NCBI RefSeq assembly: GCF_036321535.1
Contig: NC_087437.1
Location: 68,078,001 to 68,142,000 of the forward strand
Length of the DNA stretch: 64,000 nucleotides
Direction of reading: 5' to 3'
DNA from: Camelus dromedarius
Taxonomy: Eukaryota
Below, piece by piece: positions 10,861 to 23,389 of the stretch (its first letter is position 1; each line of letters begins with the position of its first letter). The notes under the pieces were generated by a model. That model was not told where the DNA came from. It did no database searches and was given only the letters and a program-made list of their open reading frames with translations. Made by a program: the position numbers and the translations under genes.

Positions 10861-13761
10861 AAGGAATAAACTGAGGTTCAGTCTAGTCACCTGAACTTTC
10901 TCATGGTGACAGGGTTGGTAAGTTTGTATTGGGGACTCAAATTTAAGGTTAAGTCACAAACAATGCCACATCCTACTCGTAGCACCATGATGCCTCCGTG
11001 ACCTAGGATCGTGATTTCACCTTGTTATTTCATGAGTGATCCCGTTTTACAGCCCGTGCGGCATCCCTGCGGCTGGCTGATGTGATACAGAAGAAGACAA
11101 AAGAATCATGTGCTGACGTGGGTGTCTGTGTGGAGCACTGTCCTGTTGGGGTCAGCAGGTTGGCTTTTTGCCATCCAGGGATGATGCCTTTTATAATGAG
11201 GAAGTTAAAAAGATAATTATGGAAATGAATTCCTGAACTGCCGTGGCCTGTGAACTCTACCAAGCAGAACTTTGAATGTGAAGGGCAGAGCTGCAATGCA
11301 GAGATGAAACAGGAAAACCTCATCTTAGCTGTCACATAGAGGGTGAGCTGAACTATTTTCATGCCAGCCCACACAGTCGTCTTTACCATGAGTGCTGTGA
11401 GTCTGTGTGTGCACGTGCCGTGGTCTGATGACGTGCCCACGAGCGTTCCTGTCACTGGATGCATACAGATGTTCTATTAACCAGTTAATTTATTGAGCTA
11501 AACAGGCTAAATCAAACTAAATGACATCAAGTTGCTCTACAAGGATAGAAGTAAATGAGGGTAAGTGTGTTTCAAATGCCAGTCAGAATGGGTGAAAAAG
11601 GAAAGGAGGAAAGGAAAGAGAAAAGAGAATCTAATCCCTAATCTACTCACTTCCTTCCATTCCCAGAAACTGCCTAACCTACTTTTACAGATAGATTAGA
11701 AAATACCCCAGCTTGCAAAAGCTTGTCAGCGCCCCACCACATCACAGGCTAAGCTGATGCCAAGCTCCAGGCTTGAAGAAATTCAAGACCAATGCTGAGA
11801 AATGTATTTCCTAGGTCTTTAAATAGTCTCTGGTCGTAATCTGATTTCTTTGCAACCAATCCAGACTTTTTCCAGCTCTGCGCATCAGCTAACATCAAAG
11901 GCAGTAAGCACAGTCCAGATGTGGATTCTGAGAAGTCACTTGGGAACCGTTCTTCCTGGAATTCTGTGTGGCTGAGAGGGGAGTGTCTGCCGGGCATATC
12001 CATGTATCACGAAAAATGGAAGGAGGAAGGACCACGTACTTCTGTCTTTTCATACTGCCAAGGTGCACACCTCCTGTAATTTTCAGAGACCCACACTGTA
12101 ATTCACTCTGTCCTATGATCTGCCTCTTTTCTCTCTCTCATTAGATTTAATTCAGTAATCACACCCTACAAGCCATTCGGGCAGAAATACCCTTGCTGAT
12201 TACAACTTTCACCAGCTAGCACGTGAATGTTGCTGCAGTGTGTGTGTATATATGTGTATGTGTGTTTCTGCATGCAAGAGAGAGAGAAATAATATTGTCT
12301 TCAGCAGCAGCTGCCTCCTCTCTCTCTCTAATTCGGTCTCTACCTCTCCCCCTTGTCCACTTGGTGTCCATGGGAGTTGGATTCCATCCCTTCAGGATGG
12401 CAAGGGACAAATCCTCCTTCCTCCCCAGTCTCCACTTAGTGTGAAATTCCTTGTCTCTTCCTTTTATTTATTTTTTCCTGTGTTTCTAATTACCTCATCC
12501 TTGTGGTATTCACTGGCCATCACCCCTTCTTCTGAAAGATGACTGTGTCTGTGGCCCTGTTGTACTTTTTACAACTGAGATTTCTCCCTGGGCCTTTTCC
12601 TTTTACATTTAAATGTCTGTTGATGCCTGTTTTTTGTCCATTTTGCTTTTTAGTTCTTGCTGACCGCTCCCCCAATTTGTTTCTTGTGTGTGATTATCTC
12701 TTGTTTATCCCCAGGTGAACTTGTGAACAAGGTTTCTTTTCGCTTCCCTTACCTCTCACGTGGCAGGTCTGTGTCAATTGCCATTTCCTCTGGGAGAGGT
12801 GTAGGGAGCAGCAGTGGCTGAGCGGCGTGTGCATTTTAGCCTGGGCGCTGTATCTGTAGCTCTCCGCTACCCAGTCTCATGTCTTTATGCATGAGCAGCA
12901 TAGCATCACTCAAGCCGAACTGAAGCTTAACAGCCTGAAAGTGCACAATGCATATCCCATAAAAAAATGGTTCGGGTTCCCAGATGAATATGAAACATTG
13001 ATTTGTATGGTAGAGAAGTTAAAGGGTCTAGGGAGGCCAAGATTTTGGATTTTAATTTTCCTTTGTACGGGAGCCTAAAGAATTGTTGATTTACACTTTC
13101 AAGGATCAAAGAGAAGCCATAGCATTTTGTCCCTTTGTATTGAGCGATGAGACTCGTGATTCTAAATGTGTATTCCACAAGACGAGTGAAATAGGCACCT
13201 CATCTCCAGGGGGGTGGTGATGTCACATGGGGCAGGGGCAGGGCCACCCAGGTGACACCGATTTGCCTCATGTTTCCCCATCTAGCTCTCTGTGTGGCCT
13301 CTGGCCATGGTCATATCATTTCCCATTTTCTCTTTCCCAACATTAAATGAATTTGTTCTCTTTCTGTAGTTAGAAGTGATAAAAATGTGGTAAGAGAGGA
13401 GAAGGAGAAAATGACAGGGGAAAGGTACAGAAAACAGTTGAGGAATATTCTAGTCTCACCTGTACAATGAATAATTTTTAATTTGTGCAACTTTGGTTCA
13501 GTGTGTAGTTTTAGTTTGCACTTATGTTTATATCTATTTTAGTAAGGGAGTGATCAACAAGAGGAGACAAGAATAAGTAAGTATATGGCAATAAACACAG
13601 AAAAATAGTTTTTTTCTTAATTGAAAAGTTAATTGCATAGATACAAAATGTGTACTGTCAACCCTCAAGAATCTTAGAATGAAACTATTTTTATCACTTA
13701 AGTAGAAGGGCTTTCTAGGAAATGTAGCTTAAGAAAATAGGGTGAGAGGGAGGGAAAGAAA

Positions 13762-13978
13762 TTATTTATTAAGTATCTACTTACATTCAAACACAGGGGT
13801 GGCTGTATTTGTACAGAATAGCTAATCTCATCCTCTCAACAACCTTAGAAATAAGTAGCAATTGTCCTAATTTTTAGAGCTGTGGAAACTGGAACTCCTA
13901 AAATTAAGTCGTTCACCTCAAATTGCACAAGTAAATGGTGAGCAGCAGATTTGATTTCAGATTACTTGACTTCAAAAG
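13762..13978 (-). mobile_element. MIR SINE, near full length
   Basis: atttattaagtatctact...ctcatcctctcaacaacctt...tgtggaaactggaac...gcagcagatttgatttcagattacttgacttcaaa. Confidence 0.8.
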
Positions 13979-14791
13979 GTATTTTCCTGGATTTATTTGG
14001 TGAAACTTATTTTCTATCCCTGAGTGAGTGTCTTCTCTGTTGACAAGAATAATATGATGTATGTCTATGATGTGTGACACTGTCTTCTCAACGTATGGCA
14101 TCAGTGTAAAATTCTGCTGTTCCAGGCAGTGTTTCTAGAAGTTCAGAGAGTTCTTAACTGAGCAGTCTTCTGATTGTGTGTCCTATCTGGTTGCCAGTGG
14201 TGGATTAACAATCTTATGCGTTCTTCCCTAGACCAGGGGAAGAGGAGCCCCATGCTGGGTCCCCTCTTCTCCTCCTGATCCTCCATGGTCACATCCCTCC
14301 TTGTAGGGTGCAGAGTACCCTCTGCTACCCTGTACACCTGGCAACCCAGAACTCCTGACCAGAGAATCTCAGACCTGTCTCCTGTGTCTGCATTGGCATC
14401 TTCCTGGCTGTCCTTGAAAGGGTGGGCCAAGCAAAGTTTTCAGGGGCTGTCAGAGAGCCTGAACATGAGGATCAGGGGCCCATCCAAATGCTCCATAGAA
14501 CTGAGGCCAGTGCAGGACGAGAGGCAGAGAACTCAGACCAGGCAAGGACCAGTGGTCAGGGCCTCTCTTCCAGCTCCTCCACCTTCCTCAGACACAGAAC
14601 TTCAAGAAGCTGAGGATGCGAAATGGAGACCTGGCCTTCTAGGAGGATATGATGGTATTATTTTGATACACAGCACATAGGCTTCTGTGTGTAACGTTGT
14701 GCTGGACCTCAGATATAATAGACACAGTCCTGAATATCATATACTCTGGTTATGTTTTAGTGAGGAGAAGCAGAGCCACCCTGGTACTTTT

Positions 14792-14937
14792 TTAAAATAA
14801 TTTTTATTGAAGTGTAGTTGACTTACAATGTTAGTTTCAGGTGCACAGCAAAGTGTTTCAGTTATACATAAATATACGTATATATTTTCTTTTCAGATTT
14901 TTTTCCATTATATGTTATTTACAAGAAATTGAACAAT
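14792..14937 (-). mobile_element. 5'-truncated L1 3' end with 14-bp target-site duplication
   Basis: ttttattgaagtgtagttgacttacaatgttagtttcaggtgcacagcaaagtg is an antisense cetartiodactyl-type L1 3' terminus; exact direct repeat accctggtactttt at 14778-14791 and 14938-14951. Confidence 0.9.
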
Positions 14938-17399
14938 ACCCTGGTACTTTTGAACTTTAGTTCTGATTTTAAACAAATTTCACATGACATTTGTTTCTCC
15001 AGCCCCCTCCCACCTTGGGGAGCAGGGAAGCACAAGTAGCTCTTCGTTTCTGACCTCTCAGAGCAGACTCCCTGAACACCGGCGTCCCCCCGCACATTCC
15101 CTTCCCTTGGCAGGGATGCAGGCGACTCATCTCTTCTCCCTGGGTCCCCTAAAAATGTGACTGCTTATGATGGGGAGTCTCAGCTGCTTGTCTTAATCCT
15201 GACCTCTTAGTGTTGTGATGAAAATCAAATCAATCTAAAACAGTGAGTACAGTATTTGAAACAAGGACACACAGACTCACCGAGTAGATAAATGCTAATT
15301 TCCTTCCTGTGCCTTCCCTGCTGCTGGAGCTGTCTTTTATATTAGCTGGAAACATAAGGATTCCATAACTCGGGTCGACTGAGCTCTGCTCAGGTCCCTC
15401 CAGCACACACATTTCCTACATCATGTCATGAAGGGAAGAGGCTAAAGGGGTCTCCGATGCCATTTTATCAGGTCCCGCACAGTCCAATACCTGGCTCAAC
15501 ACAAGAGCCACCTGCCACGTCTCCTCCTGCTTTTTCTTGTCCTTACCCTCTATTTCATTCTTAGACCCACCCCCTGCCCCTAGGCACTCATTTCCCTGAA
15601 GTATGGTCACTTCATCTCTGTCATTGGGCTTTTAGTCAGATGAATGTAAAGCACTTATCCAAGAGACCTGGCCCAAGTTGGTACAAAATGTCACAGTCCA
15701 TCTGCTTAAAAAAGTAAAAATAAAGTCATCTGGCACTGTTGACAGGTTGCTTTCCACAGAGAAATGGCAGTTGCTGATTTTCATCTATTGTGATGTAGTG
15801 TTGCTTAGCCTAAAACCCACTGCCCTTCTCACACATGGATGCGGAACCTGAAACCTACCGCAGCAGCCTGGGAACTCAAGGTGCACGAGCTTGTCTTCCC
15901 CTAGAGACTTTCCCTTTTCTTTCTCTGCCTCACATGCTCTTAGAGGGACTTAGATTCCTGATTGCAGCTCTTCCTTTTTCTGCATTAAATCAGCATGCAG
16001 GGTGGTACATTTCAGATTTAAATATGCAGTGGCTCTGTACAGGGCAAAATGGGAAGAAAAGTATGCCCTGTGGTCCTGGCAGTGTTTTGAAACTAACGTG
16101 ATGAGAGAAGAGTGTAACCAGAGGCAAGTATTCTGAAGATACTATTATTAGGGGCATTTCTTTGTTGTTTTCTTCAGCAGCCTCTGCATTAACAAGAGTT
16201 TTAGTATTAGGATAGCTTAATGAGGTGCTAATTAGTGAAGAAGAACTATGGCCTCTGTTAAGTCCCCCAAACTGCATTGTTTACAAGGAGTCAGATGCTC
16301 TCTGAATATTTCTACATGAGCAAAATAATTACAGTACTTTCTAATCTCATTTGAAGTATGATTTAGGCAACCTGTCTTCAGCCTGCATGCATGCGTGTGC
16401 ACACACACACGCAATTTAAGTCAGTCCAAGCATCGTACACTAAAATAGACTAATAATGGGTTATAGAAAATGGAAGAAGCAGATCCCCTCATTTCTCTTG
16501 GAGTTAACTGATGACTTGCTGACAATGAATTTGGGCTCAGCTTGAATCAGTCACGTATTTCATTTGGAACCGACAGATTAGTCTACCTATTGGCATCCTG
16601 CTGGTATCATATGTGGCAATCTTGTGATGGCTGTTGCATGCTGGACATGTTCAAGGTGAACATCTTTGGGAGAGCTTTCCCCAAAACTACTTAACTAAAA
16701 ATAGTGCTTGCCTTAAGCCCAAGAGAAGAGAGAAGCTAGGGTGCATTTAGCAGCACAGAGAGAGCCCCTTTGCACACTGAAAACAAGGCAGTAACAGAGT
16801 AACTTCCCAACTCACTTAATAAAAGTCACTTATTTAAGAAAAGACTACTAGTCCTTTGCATCATTAGAAAGAAGGCTTCAATGTAAATGTCCTGAAAGAT
16901 AATGTTGGTTCAACCTAATCATGACATTTTATTAAGATAATTAAGTACAAACCAACAAAATATTTATTGTGTCTCCTATGCTTTTTGAGAACTATTTCTG
17001 TGCTGTATGCTATGAAGTGCACTAAAGCCATACTTTAAATAAGCCAGGGCATTTTTTAAGCAAAAAGTAAGATAATTCCTCATGAATATGTTTACAGTTT
17101 TCCACTTTAACTTCTGTTATTTCAAAGTAACTGACATGAGGGACCATGCAAATATTTCAGTGGCTCAGAAGGAGCAATCCCATCCAATTTTGAAGTATAG
17201 AGAGGCTGTTATGAAAAAGCTGGTATTTAGCTTGACCCCAAATGATGAAAATCACTTCCTTAAGTGGACTTGGAAGCGGTGTTTCATAGGTGTCCATAAT
17301 AACAGCAAAGCCATTGTGATTAAGAAAATGCTAGGTCTTTTTTTTTTTTTTGGAAAGAACCTGTAGTTTTATTTAGCTGGAATTGTGGTCATGCTGCTT

Positions 17400-18330
17400 C
17401 AATTCTATGTCATGTAGGGTCTTAAGTGTCAGGTAAAGTAATTAGGATATAATTGAAAGTAGTGAGTGGCTAATGATGGTTTTTAAGCGTGGGATAATAA
17501 GATGATAGCTGTATTCTAAGAAGATTAATCTGTCAGCAGTGTGTAGAAGTAAAAAGACCAAGTCTTTCAGGTAAGGGACAAAATGTGTCTCAATTACAGT
17601 GATACTAGTATGGAAAGGAAACTGTTTTACAGATAAATTGCCAATGCTGTGGTGGCACATCGAATGTGGCAATATGGGGAAAAGGAAGCATCTGAGATTC
17701 AAAGCTCAATAGTTTAGAATTGATGCCTGGAATAGTGAAGGTAAAATGAAGATCAGGAGACATTAAGAGGAGAAGAAGGAGGCAGGAATCATAAATTTTA
17801 GCTTGGGGTGTTTGATAAATGGACTGTGTACCACAGTAAATTTTTTTGTAAAGGGCATTAAGAACCACGGATGGAAGTGTGTGTATGCATTGGGTTAGAG
17901 ATGCAGATTCCATGCCCATATTCAAAGAGATAAGGTAGGGGAATATTTGAAATCGGTAAGAAAAGATTATACACAATGCAGAATGGGGCACATTACATAT
18001 TTTAGGGGGCACATATATTTAGGAAGTAAATAAAAATGCCATTTGGTGGAACAATGACAGAAGAATCTCATGGAAAAAGATAACAGCACCAAAGACAAAG
18101 CAAGTAATGAATGCTCAAGGGAGATTAGAGAGAGCCTGCCAAAGGCAATTGGGTTAGGTTGTTAGAGGCCTCTTGGAGTCTTTCAAGAACACAGCTTTTA
18201 AAAGTAGAGACTCCAGATGGGCAAGTGGTAAGAAATGAACGACAGGAGAAGGTGAAGGCCGTGTTTGTAGACTATGGCTTTCAGAGCCTGCAGAGGGTGC
18301 TAAATGGAGAGAGGGGCCATTTCCTGGGGT
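17400..18330 (-). mobile_element. L2 LINE fragments
   Basis: purine-rich L2-like segments: gttttaagcgtgggataataagatgatag, tagcttggggtgtttgataaatgg, tgtagactatggctttcagagcctg. Confidence 0.6.
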
Positions 18331-21300
18331 TGAGGAAACCAGGGGCCCCACGCTTGTGTTTGTTGTTTGGTCGCTTTGTCTGTTTTGGTTGCTTGTAGGT
18401 TTGGTGGGATAAGGAGCAATGGGACATGTCTGTGAAAAGTGGACAAAGCAAATGGAGAAAAGGGTACTGGGGAGAGAGGAGGAGGGTATTCTGATGGATA
18501 AAGATGCCTCAAAAAAAAAAAAAACTCTCAGTGAAAGTATTAATTAGGTACAAAAAGAAAATGGGCTGTTATTTTCCATATGTGAGTAAAGAGAATAAGG
18601 ATTGTTGTAGGAGAGGAAATAGACTGGTTCTTTCTTGAGAAGAGCTTTTGATCTAGGAGAGAGACCACAAGGACCATAGTTTCCTAAAGACAAAGGGGGA
18701 ACTGGAAAGAAAAATAGAGTAAGAAGTCTCCTTTTACTGAGCACCAAACAAACCTCTCCTATTTTTCGATCTTGCCTAGGGCTAGCTATACTCAGAAATC
18801 TTTCAGACCCGGTGTTCGTCTTAACTCAGCCAGGAAAATCAATAGACTCTATCATATTGACAGCCTGGAATATAGCGGGATTGTTTGTGCCCACTTCAGC
18901 TGCCATAGCCTTAGGCCCACAGGGGGACCGTCCTCTCACTCCAACCATGAAAAATATAATTACAAGTAAAACTGAACAAAACTTAGTATTTTATTTTTTT
19001 CAATGGAACAAATGTATCCACTGTATACAAATAAGGATAAGGAGCACGAGCATTTCTTCAGCAGGAGGAAAAAGAGGGAAAAAGGTGAGACTGACCTCGG
19101 AAGAGGACCTGAAGCAGAAGGGGGATCAAAAGGAGACCCTTCCTTCAGGCTTTTGAGGAATTATATTTTTTTTGGCAAAAAGGCCAGAGTATTACTGTTC
19201 TTGAATTTTAAGCTAATTGAAATGGGGAGTTTCTCCATTTCCTTCTTAGGGAGAAATGGAAATTGTTGATGATGGAAATATCTGTGCCTTAACCCAGAGG
19301 TTTTATTTGCAAATGAGCTCCATTAGGATGAAGCGGGTTATGGTCTTTCGGAGGAAACTCAGAAAGAGGGTAACCTTGATTTATTATAGTCAAAATGGTC
19401 TGAGGAAGTGTAGTCAGCTCTGTTGTTACTATGAGAACTCTTTATAAACGTTTAGCTACCTTAATGGTACCTGACCCAAGGCTGTGCACTTAGTAGCCGC
19501 GTAACCTGTGCTTGTGGACTTGTTTCAGAAGCAGCCTTCTCAAAGATGTAAGAGGGACTCATTTAAATGGACAGAATCCAGGTAATGGAAGAGTAATGAA
19601 TCTAATATATGAAAACACTTTGTGGTTTAAAAGTAGATCATAATCGGTCACTTCTACCAGAAGTACAGGGAAAAGTTTGTACACTAACCACCCCAGAGGG
19701 GATTTGATTCCGTTTACCTAATAAATATGAGAGTGATGACACTTGATCAGCAGAGTTCTAAGAAATAGAGTTCTAAGAAACAGTTGCTCTCTGATTCAGA
19801 GCTTTAAAAATTGCAAACATCCATTTCCCCTCTCTGTAATCCTTTCTTCAAAACAAGGAGGCTCTTTGTTTTTAAAGAAACTGCATTCTAGGACCTACTT
19901 ACCTATCTTATCATAGCATTCGTTGCTGTGTAATGTAGCAGCTGAATTTTGTGTCCCTGTCAGACTCCACAGGATATGTGGGAATCTGTGAAATAAGCGT
20001 GTGGCTTCAGTAACTCTCCACATTCTGGCTAAAACTCAAGCAGATTGCAGAGACCCACTGAGATAGGTCTGTGTTTGTACAGAGTCCTTTTTCTCTACCT
20101 TCTGTGCCAGCCAGTTCTCAGGAATGGGGACTTGTGAGTTTTACTATGCACGTCTACTGAAGTTCTCCAACTACTGAGAGTGGATGGAGTGGTCTCATTT
20201 AGAATCACCACTTCTCACTCCCATGCTGATCACTTTTTTGAAACAGTGTGCTTTGAATTGGACTGGAAGGTTCATGGGTGGGCCTGCATTGGCCTTTCCC
20301 TGATAGTATTACCCTAGGAATCCTATTACCCTAGGAATGTTGGCTCTGGCTTAACCACCTGTTAGACACAGGTAAGAGTCCTCAGAGTTGACTTAGGAAT
20401 CTCAAAACAAACTGAAGAATCAGATGTGAGACCAGAGAGCTGCTCAACTCAATTAATGTTTCCCAGTCATCAGTTTTCCCGTACCCTTGTGACTGGCCAA
20501 GCCCCACAAAAGTCAAGCAACCCCAAAAGAGCATTTAGTATGTATTTTTACGTAGGTCCAAGATAATATACGTGTCTGGAAAAGAAGCTATGAGGCCAGC
20601 ATTCCACCCTCTTTAGAGTCTTGGAAACTTCCCTTTTTTTTTTTTTTTCCCTGATTTTACTTGAGCAGAAGTAATTTGTGAGCTGGGTTGGTTTGGGAGA
20701 GCTGCCTGTGTGCTGTGATTTGATAGAGGGCTGGCCCAGGGCTCTGCCCCCAAAGCAGCAGTATCTGCCTTCTTACCGGAGCAACATCTTTCTATTGGAT
20801 TCTGGCTCATCTACTTAGATTGAGAGCACAGCTTCACAGGCAGAACGCAGCCCGTAGATTCACAGTCCCCTCATGGCAGAAAACCTCATAATGCAACGTA
20901 AGTGTTTGACAGAGAGATTGTTGGTGGATTTCTAGGTCCCTGTGCCATACATTGTATGTTAGGAATATAATATCAAATATTGTATTTGGGTTATGGTTTG
21001 CAGGAAGCCCTGAACCTTCACTGAGTCCAGCATCTTGTAATTGAACATGCTAAGTGTGAAGTAGAGACAGAGTGGAATAAGAAGATTCTACTTCCTCAAA
21101 AAGTAGTTTAACTGAGCAGTCAGTCAGCAGTATATTGGTAAAACATGATGAGGAAACATATATTGGTTCAAATGATAGAGGAATGGAGGTATTATATTTT
21201 TAAAGTTGGTTTGTATATAAAACATATTCAAATACCCTGGCAAGGCTAAAAAAAAGTTTTCATTAAGGTTAGTGAAAATTAGGATTTATTTTTTTAGTAT

Positions 21301-21840
21301 ATTGGCATAAACCTTATTTAAAAAAAGAAAAAAGGTCTTTACTAATGTGACAAGGCCAAATTTAAGCTGGAAAGTCACTTAAAGAATTGAGTTTAGATTT
21401 TGATTAACCAAAATAAATAGTCTATGATTCTACTATGTTGAATTTTGCTTTGCATCCTAAGGAAGAGATATCCTTGAACAAGCAATTGTTTTTTTGGCTT
21501 TCATAAAAAGTATTATTAAAGCCATAGCATCATTTAATTGTTAAACATATACATTATTTTCTATCCCATGGCAAATTTTGTAAAAGTTCATCAATTTAAC
21601 AAAATTTGATAGAGTACTGAAACATATGGAGAGTTAACTCTATATAGTTATATTTCATTCTGACATGAATCAAATTGTGGTCAGCTTTTTTTTTTTAATG
21701 GAATAATCTCTTGCATTGTAAGTAATGTCATGAAATTTGAAATACAGATATAATATTACATTTAAGAAAAATACAAACTTGTAAAATACAGACAACTTAC
21801 TAGTTTCATGATGCAACTAATTAAAATCTTGAGGTCAGGA

Positions 21841-22227
21841 GAATGTCATTCTAAGTGAAGTAAGCCAGAAAGAGAAAGAAAAATACCATATGAGATCGCT
21901 CATATGTGGAATCTAAAACAAACAAACAAAGCATAAATACAAAACAGAAATAGACTCATAGACATAGAATACAAACTTATGTTTGCCAAGGGGGCGGGGG
22001 GTGGGAAGGGATAGACTGGGATTTCAAAATTGTAGAATAGATAAACAAGATCATGCTGTGTAGCACAGGGAAATATATACAAGATCTTATGGTAGCTCAG
22101 AGAGAAAAAAAATGTGACAATGAATATATATATGTTCGTGTATAACTGAAAAATTGTGCTCTACACTGGAATTTGACACAACATTGTAAAATGATTATAA
22201 ATCAATAAAAAATGTTAAAAAAAAAAA
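21841..22227 (+). mobile_element. young 5'-truncated L1 (end of ORF2, 3'UTR, poly-A) with TSD
   Basis: cattctaagtgaagtaagccagaaagagaaagaaaaataccatatgagatcgctcatatgtggaatct; ends aataaa + A-tail; direct repeat ttgaggtcagga at 21829-21840 and 22229-22240, left copy preceded by tt/aaaa. Confidence 0.93.
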
Positions 22228-23389
22228 GTTGAGGTCAGGAATTTTTGCAAGTATAAAATAAAGACTAAGTTATATATTAACATTCCTGCAAGTCATCTGT
22301 GAAGACAATATGTAAAGTTAATCATTCTCAATATGCTTTTAAAATAAGACTAGGTGCAACTCATTTTATTCTACTTTTTAGCCTCCATAGCCACCAGTCA
22401 TCAGTTATACAAAGACTATAGTTCAAAGCAAGAATTCAAAGACCTGGAGCAGGAGGGGAAACTGCATAATTGGCTTGTATGATCCTATCCTTTTTTTTTT
22501 TTTAAATGAAAATGTTTCACTGCCTGGTCCAGGGTCTTTGACACCATAGCACTGTGGGAGGCAGGCATTAAACTGCTAAATTGCAACACCATCTGTATGA
22601 CTTAAATCCTAAGAGATATATTGTCTCTGCTGCCAAAGGCCAGAATCCACCTCAGCTGCCAAATGCTAGACTGCAAGAGGAATGTAAACAGCTTGATGGA
22701 GGGGTGGTTCCTGGTGCACCTGTGGTTTTGACAGCTTTTGATGCTGCTTGAGGAGGAAACAGGTTGCCTGTTTGTTCTTCAAGAGCACTTCTGGCATCCA
22801 GGTATTATGCAGGCATGCATTGCCAGCTGTGAGAGATGCTGCTTCCTTGTCACTTCAGGGAAAGATGCTCCTGCAGGAAGATCCCTCTTGCTATTTCCTT
22901 CAGGGAGCCTAAGAAAGGAAGACAAAAAGGATCAAATGCAAAGCGCAGATAACTAAAGGGTCAGGGGTCTGTAATAACCTGAGTTGAGTCTTGCTTTCCA
23001 ACTGAAGAGAAGAGATAAGAATGCCTTAATTGTTGTAACTTTTAAAGGCTGTGAGTCCACTAATGGATGCTTTAAAGAAGGGAATAGCAAGTAGCTGCAT
23101 ATATACCTGATTTGACTGCCCATGTCCTGATGCGTTCACTGTCTGGCCTGATGAAGAGGAGTGAGTAGGATAACCTGTCTGTGTCGAGGCACTAAAATGC
23201 AGAAAAATAAACTATTAAATCATCAGATCAACTTCTTCACTGAAAGCTTTTAACTGAAAGGATGTGCTTCACACATAGCCTAGCCCTGTGGCATGTATTA
23301 TTTCCCATGATTAAGTTGAACGAACATATACCTTAAGACAGATTTCAAAAATTAAAAAAAAATAACTTTTAAAATCAATTATTGAATCC

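Noticed and set aside
14190..14680. 131-aa ORF 14285-14680 in a GC-richer segment
   Set aside because: No recognisable protein; segment may be an old DNA-transposon fossil but I cannot name it with support
16634..16652. p53-like element ttgcatgctggacatgttc
   Set aside because: CATG cores are 9 bp apart instead of 10 and the first half-site is poor
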